From the NCBI GenBank assembly GCA_900318755.1, contig ONLT01000115.1, forward strand, positions 6,633 to 70,632: 64,000 bases of DNA, given 5' to 3'. A program made the position numbers and the translations under genes. Each line of letters opens with the position of its first letter. Position 1 is the first letter of the stretch. Below, piece after piece: positions 19,265 through 27,503 of this stretch. Source of the DNA: an uncultured Eubacteriales bacterium. GTDB taxonomy: Bacteria; Bacillota; Clostridia; Lachnospirales; Lachnospiraceae. The notes below the pieces were generated by a model that worked only from the letters and a program-made list of their open reading frames with translations, was not told the DNA's origin and did no database searches.

Positions 19265-19882
19265 ATGAATTTGAAAAAGGCGGCGGTTGTGTTTCCGGGC
19301 ATCGGGTATCACACGGACAAGCCGCTTCTTTATTACGGAAAAAAACTGGCCGCCGCGCGCGGATATGAGATCGTCGATGTGCCGTACGGCAATTTCCAAC
19401 ACGGGATCAAGGGAAACGCGAAGAAAATGCGGGACGCCTTTGAGAGCGCGCTCCGGCAGGCGGAAGAAATCCTGGCGGACAGAAGGCTCGAAGAATACGA
19501 TGAACTTTTGTTTCTCTCGAAAAGTGTAGGGACGGTTGCGGCATCGGCGTACGCATCGAACCATCACCTCACGGTCCGGGCGGGAAAACATGTCCGGCAC
19601 ATTTATTTTACGCCGGTGGATCTCACTTTCCTCAAAGCGGAGAGCCGGAGCGGGATTGTGTTTCACGGAACCGGTGATCCGTGGGCGTCGAACGAGGCGG
19701 TACAGGAAGGATGCAGCAGGCTGTCGCTTCCGCTGTTCCTGATCCCGGATGCGAACCATTCCCTCGAGACGGGCGATGTGATGCGTGACCTGGATAACCT
19801 GAAGCTTGTCATGGAACACTGCGCCGCGTATCTCGATCGTCCGTTCCAGGGCGGGAGTCTGCCATTAAAAGAAGAAAAATGA
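19265..19882 (+). CDS. Alpha/beta-hydrolase fold protein
   Basis: FPGIGY oxyanion loop, SKSVG nucleophile elbow, HGTGDP acid, ANHSL histidine. Confidence 0.85.
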   Translation: MNLKKAAVVFPGIGYHTDKPLLYYGKKLAAARGYEIVDVPYGNFQHGIKGNAKKMRDAFESALRQAEEILADRRLEEYDELLFLSKSVGTVAASAYASNHHLTVRAGKHVRHIYFTPVDLTFLKAESRSGIVFHGTGDPWASNEAVQEGCSRLSLPLFLIPDANHSLETGDVMRDLDNLKLVMEHCAAYLDRPFQGGSLPLKEEK

Positions 19883-20052
19883 ACTTATGATGGTACTGCC
19901 GGGCGCTCGATTGCCATCGGATGCAGGAAATAAGAATGTGATGGCAATCCGTGGCGGAAAATTGCCATCGGACGCAGGAAATAAGATTGTGATGGCAATC
20001 CGTGGCGGAAAATTACCATCGGATGAAGGAAAGCAGGTTTGCGACGGCATCC
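19859..20052. repeat. 51-bp tandem array of internally palindromic units (2 near-identical, 2 degenerate)
   Basis: TTGCCATC at 19911 and 19962, TTACCATC at 20013; GATGGCAAT at 19940 and 19991. Confidence 0.85.
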
Positions 20053-20162
20053 GGCCCTGTGACCCTGACATCAAATCAGAAAAAGTAAACTTGCAATGGT
20101 ATATTGCCGGTTATCGCCGCTGGGCATGTTTCCGGGCACTTCGCTGCTAGCAATTCGCCGGA

Positions 20163-20236
20163 GAAACTCTGCCGGGATTTCGCAGGTTTCGCTGAAACTC
20201 TGCCGGGATTTCGCAGGTTTTGCAGGGACTCCGCCG
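20163..20236 (+). repeat. 31-bp tandem direct repeat (2 copies plus partial)
   Basis: GAAACTCTGCCGGGATTTCGCAGGTTT at 20163 and 20194. Confidence 0.85.
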
Positions 20237-20242
20237 CCGGCC

Positions 20243-20271
20243 TTGTTGAAACCGCAGGTCCATGATAAAAT
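20243..20271 (+). promoter_or_regulatory. Putative extended -10 promoter of PRTase gene
   Basis: TTGTTG-17bp-TAAAAT with TGn extension. Confidence 0.55.
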
Positions 20272-20361
20272 TTAATTACGGATATCCGGATTCCGGGTAT
20301 CAGAAATGCAGCGAATGATTGCGTGAACCTGATTGCAGGGCAGCGGAAGGGAGGTTTCCGG

Positions 20362-20913
20362 ATGAGCAGCGTCGACATGGAAAATCTGAGAAAATTAATC
20401 GGTCAATGCATACCGGAGGGCGACAGCAGTTTCCGGGATTTCCGTCCGATCTACGCGGATCCGGAGGCGATGACTCTGATTGTGAAGGCGCTTGCGGAGC
20501 ACTGGCGCGGGAAGGTGGATTTTGTTGCGTCGCCGGAATCGCTCGGCTTTATCCTGGGAAGTTCGCTCGCCCGCGAGCTCGGCGTCGGATTGATTGCGAT
20601 CCGCAGCGGCGATCATTTTCGGGTTGTTACAGATGAGCTTCTCTCTGCGTCGTACATCGATCACCGCGATATGCCCCGATCCCTGATCGTAGACCGGGGG
20701 CTGATCCCGGAGGGGAGCAGGGTGCTTCTGGCGGACGATTATGTTGAGACCGCCGCGACGATTCAGGCCTGCATCGCTCTTATCGAAGAGGCGGACGCTT
20801 CCGTCGCCGGGATCGCGGCGCTGGGGGCCAACACGGATGGAGCGGCGAAAAGTGTCATCGACTCGGGGCTGCTCCGGGCGATCTACCTCAATGACAAAAA
20901 ATACAAGAAATAA
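20362..20913 (+). CDS. Adenine phosphoribosyltransferase-like type I PRTase
   Basis: FRDFRP, PESLGFILG, VLLADDYVETAAT PRPP-loop; GGAGG RBS. Confidence 0.75.
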   Translation: MSSVDMENLRKLIGQCIPEGDSSFRDFRPIYADPEAMTLIVKALAEHWRGKVDFVASPESLGFILGSSLARELGVGLIAIRSGDHFRVVTDELLSASYIDHRDMPRSLIVDRGLIPEGSRVLLADDYVETAATIQACIALIEEADASVAGIAALGANTDGAAKSVIDSGLLRAIYLNDKKYKK

Positions 20914-20947
20914 GGTCGGACGGTTCACAGCGCCTCAGCCATTTCGG

Positions 20948-20980
20948 GCCGGCAGGATTTCCCTGCCGGCTGTATTTTTC
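20948..20980 (+). terminator. Possible terminator hairpin
   Basis: GCCGGCAGG-ATTT-CCCTGCCGGC then TGTATTTTT. Confidence 0.55.
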
Positions 20981-20996
20981 GCGAAACAGGAGAATT

Positions 20997-22976
20997 ATGA
21001 AAGAAAGCAGGAACACAACCGGACAATTCAACAGTCGGGCAGGGATGATCGCCTGGTTCATGCGAGGCAGTATGCGTTTCTTCGTTCTGAGCGTCGTATT
21101 TTCATGCGTTGTTTCTCTCGCGGATCTGATTGCGCCGAAGATCATTCAGTATACAGCGGATTCGGTGATCGGGAGTGAGCCGCTGAACGCACCCGGGGCC
21201 GTGCTGAACTTTGTGGAGCGGATCGGAGGAATCGCGTATCTTCGGGAGCATCTCGGAATCGTCGCGGCGGCAGCGGGGGCGGTCGCGGCGGCCGGAGCCG
21301 TCAGCCGCTATCTGATGATGCTGTTCAATTCCGCCGGATCCGAGCGGTTTGTGCAAAGAATGCGCGATGAACTTTACGCGCACATACTGCGGCTTCCCTA
21401 CCGGTGGCACAGCGAAAACCACACGGGCGACATCATCCAGAGGTGCACGTCGGACGTGGAGACGATCAAGGTGTTTGTCTCGGAGCAGCTGACATCCCTC
21501 GTACGAGTCATTCTTCTGATTGTTCTCTCGATGTATTTCATGACGGACATCAGTCCGGCGCTGGCGCTGATTGAGGGCGCCTTTATCCCGCTGATGGTCA
21601 TCAGCTCGGTTGTGTTTTACGCGAAGATCGGCCGGACGTTCGAGAACGTTGATCGTGAGGAGGGGCGTCTCTCGGATATCGCGCAGGAGAATCTGACCGG
21701 TGTCCGTGTCGTGCGGGCATTCGGGCGGGAATCATTTGAGCGGGGACGGTTCAGAGAGCAGAACGAGCGGTATACGTCGCACTGGTACCGGCTGATGCGG
21801 ACCCTGGCGTCTTTCTGGGTGATGGGAAACGTCGTCGCGACAACGCGAAATCTGGTTGTTCTTCTTTCGGGCGTTTCGTTTGTCATCCGCGGCCGTATGA
21901 CGACCGGAGGACTGATTGCGTTTATCTCGTACAACGCGCTGATCTCCCTCCCGGTGCGAAGTCTTGGCCGGGTAATAACCGAGATGAGTAAGGCGGGGGT
22001 TTCGATCGACCGCCTTCGATCGATCATGAACGCGAAGGAAGAGGAGTACGGAACGCCGGATCCGCAGCGTGACAGCGCGTACGCGGAGGCAATGCGCGGG
22101 ACGATCCGGTTCGAGCAGGTCTCGTTCGGATTCGGGGCGGACGGAGCACATGGAGCACATGGAGCAAACAGGAAAAGCGTGCTGAAGGACGTGACGTTTG
22201 CTGTTCCTGCTGGGCGGACCGTCGGTATTCTCGGCGCGACCGGCTCCGGAAAATCGACGCTGCTTGCGCTTCTGGACCGGCTCTATGATCTGCCGGAGGA
22301 CGGCGGGACCATCACGATCGGAGGAAAGGACATCCGGGAAATTCCGCTTCCGGTTCTCCGCAGAAACATCGGGCTTGTTCTTCAGGAACCGTATCTGTTC
22401 TCCGGGACGCTTGCGGAAAACATCGGAATTGCCCGGGAGGGCGGAAGCGGGCAGACGAAGGGCGCTGCACCGGGAGAGGCAGGGCAGACGGAGGGCGCTG
22501 CACCGGGAGAGGCCGGGCAGACGGACGATACGGCGCAGGGAGAGATGAGAACGGCGGATCCGGAGGCGATCCGGCGTGCATCCCGCATTGCGTGCCTTGA
22601 CGGCGATCTGAAGCAGTTTCCGAGGGGGTACGAGACGTATGTGGGCGAACGGGGCGTGACACTCTCCGGCGGTCAGAAACAGCGGGCAGCGATCGCGCAG
22701 ATGCTGATCCGGGACACGCCGATCATGGCATTCGACGATTCGCTCTCGGTGGTTGACGCGGATACGGACCGGAGGATCCGGGAGGCTCTGGAGAAAGAGA
22801 CCGCCGGTGCGACCGTGCTGATTGTCGCACACCGGATCACGACGCTGATGCACGCGGATGAGATTCTTGTCCTGCAGCACGGCCGGATTGTTCAGAGAGG
22901 GACGCACCGGCAGCTCGCCGCCCGGGACGGAATTTACAGAGAAATTTATGAGCTGCAGACAAGAGACGCAAAGTGA
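20997..22976 (+). CDS. Heterodimeric ABC exporter subunit A (TMD+NBD, degenerate Walker B)
   Basis: GATGSGKST, LSGGQKQR, FDDSLS; N-terminal TM helices. Confidence 0.93.
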   Translation: MKESRNTTGQFNSRAGMIAWFMRGSMRFFVLSVVFSCVVSLADLIAPKIIQYTADSVIGSEPLNAPGAVLNFVERIGGIAYLREHLGIVAAAAGAVAAAGAVSRYLMMLFNSAGSERFVQRMRDELYAHILRLPYRWHSENHTGDIIQRCTSDVETIKVFVSEQLTSLVRVILLIVLSMYFMTDISPALALIEGAFIPLMVISSVVFYAKIGRTFENVDREEGRLSDIAQENLTGVRVVRAFGRESFERGRFREQNERYTSHWYRLMRTLASFWVMGNVVATTRNLVVLLSGVSFVIRGRMTTGGLIAFISYNALISLPVRSLGRVITEMSKAGVSIDRLRSIMNAKEEEYGTPDPQRDSAYAEAMRGTIRFEQVSFGFGADGAHGAHGANRKSVLKDVTFAVPAGRTVGILGATGSGKSTLLALLDRLYDLPEDGGTITIGGKDIREIPLPVLRRNIGLVLQEPYLFSGTLAENIGIAREGGSGQTKGAAPGEAGQTEGAAPGEAGQTDDTAQGEMRTADPEAIRRASRIACLDGDLKQFPRGYETYVGERGVTLSGGQKQRAAIAQMLIRDTPIMAFDDSLSVVDADTDRRIREALEKETAGATVLIVAHRITTLMHADEILVLQHGRIVQRGTHRQLAARDGIYREIYELQTRDAK

Positions 22977-22999
22977 CGTCGAACGGGACGGGAGATTTT

Positions 23000-24790
23000 A
23001 TGGGACAGAAACGACTGCCTTTTTTCGGCATCCCGAAACTGATCAAATTCATACGGCCGTACGGCGGGAGAATTGCCGCGATGATCGTGCTCGGAGCACT
23101 CTCCAGCTTTGCGGACACGCTTTTCCCGCTGTTCAATCAGTACGCCATCGATCATTTTATCGCGCGGGGAACGCTCGCCGGTGTCGGAGGCTTTCTTGCG
23201 CTGTACCTTCTTCTGATGGTTCTGCAGGAGCTGGATAATTTTTTCTGCCTCTACAGCTGCGGCAGGATCGAGATGTCGATCGACCGCGACTTACGGGAAG
23301 CGGCGTTTAATCATCTGCAGACGCTGTCGTTTTCTTATTTCAATCAGCACAGCGTCGGCTACATCCACGCGCGCGTCATGAGCGATACGGCGAAGATCGG
23401 AGAGCTGGCCGCTTGGAAAATGATGGACGTCGTCTGGGATCTCTCCTATATCATTTTTGTACTTGTCATGATGCTCTGGATCAATGCACGGCTGGCGGCG
23501 TACGTGATCGCTCTGGTGCCCGCTGCCGTCGTCCTGATTCTTTTGTTCAACCGCATCCTCGTGGATCGGAACCGGAAAATCCGCGAACTGAATTCAAAAA
23601 TCACCGGCGGATTCAACGAAGGGATCACCGGGGCGAAAAGCATCAAGACGCTGGCGGCGGAAGGACGGATGACGGGACGGTTCCGGAAAGACACGGAACG
23701 GATGTACCGGACCTCGGTCAATACCGCGCATTATGCCGCGCTTTTGACGTCTCTGGTGACCATGCTGTCCTCCGCTGCGCTGGCGGTCGTCCTGTGGAAG
23801 GGCGGACGGATTACGATGGACGGGGTCATCCGGATCGGAACGCTTTCCGTCTTCATCTCCTACGCGGTCGGAATTCTGGAACCGGTCAAAACGATCATCA
23901 CAGCCGTTTCCTCCCTGATTGCGATTCAGGTCAACATCGACCGGTTCACGCGGCTGCTGGAGGAAGAGTCCGATGTCGCGGACACGCCGGAGGTGATCGC
24001 GAAGTACGGGGATCAGTTTCATCCGAAAAAGGAGAACTGGGAACCTCTTGGCGGAAGCGTCGAGTTCAAAGACGTGACGTTCCGGTATCCGGACGGGGAT
24101 ACGGATGTGCTGTCTCATTTTAATCTGAAGGTGGAGAAGGGGACGAATGTCGCGATTGTCGGCGAGACCGGCGCGGGAAAATCGACGCTGGTAAATCTTG
24201 TCTGCCGCTTTTATGAGCCGACGGAGGGACAGATTCTGATCGACGGAAAGGACGCGCGGTGCCGCTCGCAGCTCTGGCTTCACAGCGGGATCGGTTATGT
24301 TCTCCAGTCCCCGCATCTGTTTTCGGGGACCGTTCGTGAAAATCTGCGGTACGGAAAGCCCGGCGCGTCGGATGAGGAGATCCGGAACGCGCTGCGGCTC
24401 GTCTCGGCGGAAGAAATTGTGGACCGGATGGGCGGCCTTGACGCGGAGGTCGGAGAGGGCGGCGGCACGCTGTCCGCCGGGGAAAAGCAGCTGCTGTCCT
24501 TTGCCCGCGCACTGCTGGCGGATCCGAAGATTCTCGTTCTGGACGAGGCGACGGCCTCGGTGGATACGGTAACAGAGAAGAAAATTCAGGATGCGATCGC
24601 GGCCGTCATACGGGGCCGGACCTCATTTGTGATCGCGCACAGACTGTCGACGATCGTCCGCTCCGATCTGATTATCGCTGTGCACGGCGGAAAAATCGTT
24701 GAGCGGGGGACGCACTCTGAATTAATGGAAAAGCGCGGATATTATTACCGGATGTATAAGGAGCAGATCGGCGGTGCGATGCCCGCGTGA
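23000..24790 (+). CDS. Heterodimeric ABC exporter subunit B (TMD+NBD)
   Basis: GETGAGKST, LSAGEKQ, LDEATAS. Confidence 0.93.
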   Translation: MGQKRLPFFGIPKLIKFIRPYGGRIAAMIVLGALSSFADTLFPLFNQYAIDHFIARGTLAGVGGFLALYLLLMVLQELDNFFCLYSCGRIEMSIDRDLREAAFNHLQTLSFSYFNQHSVGYIHARVMSDTAKIGELAAWKMMDVVWDLSYIIFVLVMMLWINARLAAYVIALVPAAVVLILLFNRILVDRNRKIRELNSKITGGFNEGITGAKSIKTLAAEGRMTGRFRKDTERMYRTSVNTAHYAALLTSLVTMLSSAALAVVLWKGGRITMDGVIRIGTLSVFISYAVGILEPVKTIITAVSSLIAIQVNIDRFTRLLEEESDVADTPEVIAKYGDQFHPKKENWEPLGGSVEFKDVTFRYPDGDTDVLSHFNLKVEKGTNVAIVGETGAGKSTLVNLVCRFYEPTEGQILIDGKDARCRSQLWLHSGIGYVLQSPHLFSGTVRENLRYGKPGASDEEIRNALRLVSAEEIVDRMGGLDAEVGEGGGTLSAGEKQLLSFARALLADPKILVLDEATASVDTVTEKKIQDAIAAVIRGRTSFVIAHRLSTIVRSDLIIAVHGGKIVERGTHSELMEKRGYYYRMYKEQIGGAMPA

Positions 24791-24823
24791 GATCTGCTCC
24801 GGCGAAGCCGCAGCGGTACGGCT

Positions 24824-25549
24824 TTAAATGTACCGGTCGTTTCTGGATTCCTCGCGGATCAGAAGAATGATGATGATGTACATCGCGATAACGAAGACGG
24901 CGAAGGCGATGCCGGCCTTCGCGGTCGAACGCATGGCGCAGAAATCGTAGAAGCCGTGAAGCAGCACCGCGATCGCGTACGCCAGAATCAGACAGAGGGT
25001 TTTCAGACCGCTGCGGCCGAGGTCCCTGCACTGTTTCGCGCGGCCGTACAGCGCGCCCGCCGCAACGGAGAATCCGAGATGGCCGGGCACGGAGAGAACC
25101 GCGCGGGGACCGGCGACGGAAAGGCCGTAGTTGAAGATGTACAGGATGTTTTCAAAGGCCGCAAATCCCAGGGACGTGAACGCCATGTAGACGATGCCGT
25201 CAAACCGGCAGTCGAACTCGGGGTTGTTCCAGGTCCTCAGCGCGCAGAAGAGAAACTTTGTCCCCTCCTCAATCACCGCGACGACGAGGAACGCCAGCGC
25301 CGCCGTGTAGGTCATGCTGTTCCGGTCCGGGATCAGCGCGTTCAGCACGTCCTCGCCGATCGTTTCGAGCAGCATGGAGGCCAGAGCGGCGGCGACGCCG
25401 AGAAAAAGCAGGCTGATGAGCAGCTGCGGAGATTCCCGGTCCACGCGGTCCATTTTATAAATGTAGCGGAGCAGAAAAATCGCCGGAATGATGGCGACGA
25501 GGATGTACAGTAAAATAATGGAATCAAAGATCGGGAAGAAGAAAAACAT
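24824..25549 (-). CDS. PrsW-family intramembrane glutamic protease
   Basis: IEEGTK, GFAAFEN, PGH, LHGFYD motifs. Confidence 0.9.
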   Translation of the reverse strand: MFFFFPIFDSIILLYILVAIIPAIFLLRYIYKMDRVDRESPQLLISLLFLGVAAALASMLLETIGEDVLNALIPDRNSMTYTAALAFLVVAVIEEGTKFLFCALRTWNNPEFDCRFDGIVYMAFTSLGFAAFENILYIFNYGLSVAGPRAVLSVPGHLGFSVAAGALYGRAKQCRDLGRSGLKTLCLILAYAIAVLLHGFYDFCAMRSTAKAGIAFAVFVIAMYIIIILLIREESRNDRYI

Positions 25550-25649
25550 GAGGCGCCCCTTTCACTTTCTTTTTGATCAGACTATAATGATGCATAATGC
25601 AACAAAAGTATACCACCGTTACGATCGGTTGAAAACAGGAGGGATTTTT

Positions 25650-25877
25650 ATGGCGATCAATCCGGCAGCACTGATGAAGGCAAAGGCAAGATATGGCATC
25701 TTCAAGAAGCAGCATCCGAAGTTTCTCGCATTTCTCGGCGCCATCAACGCGAAAATGCTGGAACCGGGTACGGTGATTGATGTGAAGGTGACAGGGTCGG
25801 ACGGCAGGACGATTGAGACGAATCTCAGGCTGACGCCGGAGGATGTGGAGAGCGTCCGGATGTTTAAGAGCAAATAA
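25650..25877 (+). CDS. Small hypothetical protein (75 aa)
   Basis: AGGAGG RBS; MAINPAALMKAK...HPKF...LEPGTVIDVKVTGSDG. Confidence 0.75.
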   Translation: MAINPAALMKAKARYGIFKKQHPKFLAFLGAINAKMLEPGTVIDVKVTGSDGRTIETNLRLTPEDVESVRMFKSK

Positions 25878-25886
25878 CAGAGGATT

Positions 25887-26462
25887 ATGATTCAGGTAAG
25901 AGTCAGCGGCACAAAATACAGAAAGGCCCGGCGATCCTGGTTTCATCTCCGGCGGATCGGCCTCCGGAAGGACCGGTACGGGGCCTACACGGGTGAACTA
26001 AAAGGGAGGCGTCAGGTCGAAAAGCTGAAACGGTACTGCGAAAAAAAACGCCTCTCCTTCCGCATCGACAATGAATACGGCAGGAGAGGCGGCTCTTATC
26101 GGAGTATCTTTTTTCAGACCCACGCGCCCGCGTTCGGAAATTATTATTTCTGCGCCTACTGCGGAAGACTTCTGCCGAAGGACCGGGTCACGGTGGATCA
26201 CCTCTATCCGGTCGGGAGCGCCTCGCGCGATCTGAAACTGCAGAAAAAGCTGAAGCGGCACATCCGGGGGATCAACGACCCGGACAATCTTATCGCCGCC
26301 TGCCGCGCCTGCAACCAGAAGAAGGGAACCGAGATGGGGCGGTGGATCCGCCGCGGAAAAATCGGGCGGCACGCGTGGTACTGGGAACTGCGCTGGTCGT
26401 TCCGCTTCGCGCTGGCCGCCGGGGTGATTTTTCTTGCCGTCTGGCTGATCGCGGTCAGGTAA
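25887..26462 (+). CDS. HNH endonuclease with C-terminal transmembrane helix
   Basis: CAYCG...VDHLYP...NLIAACRACNQKKG; hydrophobic tail FALAAGVIFLAVWLIAV. Confidence 0.85.
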   Translation: MIQVRVSGTKYRKARRSWFHLRRIGLRKDRYGAYTGELKGRRQVEKLKRYCEKKRLSFRIDNEYGRRGGSYRSIFFQTHAPAFGNYYFCAYCGRLLPKDRVTVDHLYPVGSASRDLKLQKKLKRHIRGINDPDNLIAACRACNQKKGTEMGRWIRRGKIGRHAWYWELRWSFRFALAAGVIFLAVWLIAVR

Positions 26463-26477
26463 CAGCGGTCATCATTG

Positions 26478-27104
26478 TTACCAGTTCACCGCGATGTCGA
26501 GCTGATTCGGGTTGCTCTGCGCGAAGCTGCCCGTATCGCAGACGATGCAGGTTCCGAGGCTGCTCTCCACAAGGGAGCCGCGCGGGTGGACGCTCAGGTT
26601 CGCGGCGCACATGATGTAATTTCCGAGCATTTTCACGCCGTCCTCGCGCACCCAGTATTCGTCGGTGTTGCCCATGCTGCGCATGATTTTAACGACACCG
26701 GACATGTCCAGATTATAATATGTCTCTTTTCCGCTCGGTCCCTGCACGGTCCCCGCGCGTTTCGTGAGAACCGGACCGGTCCACGCGGATGCGGTCTGCG
26801 TTTCCGATGACGTTTCCGCCGCCGCGACGCCGGAAGGATCGTCCACATCAAGATAATTTCCCGCGACGTACGCGGTCTGACCGTTGTAGCTGATTTTATA
26901 CCAGCCGTTGCTTTCAAGTTCGCTGACGGTGACGCTGGTTCCGTTTGAGAGCGTTCCGAGAACCGCGTGGTCCGTCGAGGAGCCGCTCCGCACATTCAGA
27001 GAGCTTGCCGTCACAGTTGCGGAAGAATCTGCGAATACCGGAGCAGCTGTGCAAAGACTCAGCACAAGGGTGCTTCCGATGATTGCCAGTTTCCGTTTTA
27101 TCAT
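26478..27104 (-). CDS. Secreted SH3b protein with C-terminal 3D/RlpA-like domain
   Basis: Signal peptide; LNVRSGSST...GWYKI...YV (SH3b); HPRGSLV..SLG...VCDTG...QLDI. Confidence 0.75.
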   Translation of the reverse strand: MIKRKLAIIGSTLVLSLCTAAPVFADSSATVTASSLNVRSGSSTDHAVLGTLSNGTSVTVSELESNGWYKISYNGQTAYVAGNYLDVDDPSGVAAAETSSETQTASAWTGPVLTKRAGTVQGPSGKETYYNLDMSGVVKIMRSMGNTDEYWVREDGVKMLGNYIMCAANLSVHPRGSLVESSLGTCIVCDTGSFAQSNPNQLDIAVNW

Positions 27105-27181
27105 AATGGAATACCTCCGTGGTGTTAAACTTCGGGTTAAAATCAATTGTTACAGAAATGTTTCAAAATGTTACGAAGTGC

Positions 27182-27210
27182 ATTATATTTGATTGCAATA
27201 ATTGCGTCAA
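27182..27210 (-). promoter_or_regulatory. Sigma-A promoter of SH3b gene
   Basis: Reverse strand TTGACG-17bp-TATAAT. Confidence 0.8.
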
Positions 27211-27391
27211 TATTATAAAGTTTTTATTAACGACAAATTTTATGTGACAGATTTACGAAGAAACAGGGAAACGTTCCGGAATTGTGTACAGAATATACAA
27301 GACGGGCGGCGCGCATCGGAGGCCGGAGCGGTGAGAAAATCGGAAATCCCCTGAAAACGTTGGAAGTGTTTCACAAAAATCGGCCGGCGGT

Positions 27392-27420
27392 TTGCAAACC
27401 CGGCCCGTTCATAATAAAAT
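27392..27420 (+). promoter_or_regulatory. Putative sigma-A promoter of proA operon
   Basis: TTGCAA-17bp-TAAAAT. Confidence 0.6.
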
Positions 27421-27423
27421 TGA

Positions 27424-27478
27424 AATCAGATCCGATGCGATCGGCAGAAAACCGGAATCAGATCCGATGCGATCGGCA
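27424..27478 (+). repeat. 23-bp perfect direct repeat in proA leader
   Basis: AATCAGATCCGATGCGATCGGCA at 27424 and 27456. Confidence 0.9.
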
Positions 27479-27503
27479 CACAGTCAGGCAGGAGAAAATG
27501 CGT

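Noticed and set aside
19859-20052. Possible CRISPR array
   Set aside because: The sequences between the palindromic boxes are themselves repeated rather than unique spacers, and there are no cas genes in the window.
20997-24790. Degenerate Walker B and signature motifs as signs of pseudogenisation
   Set aside because: One degenerate site is normal for heterodimeric ABC exporters.
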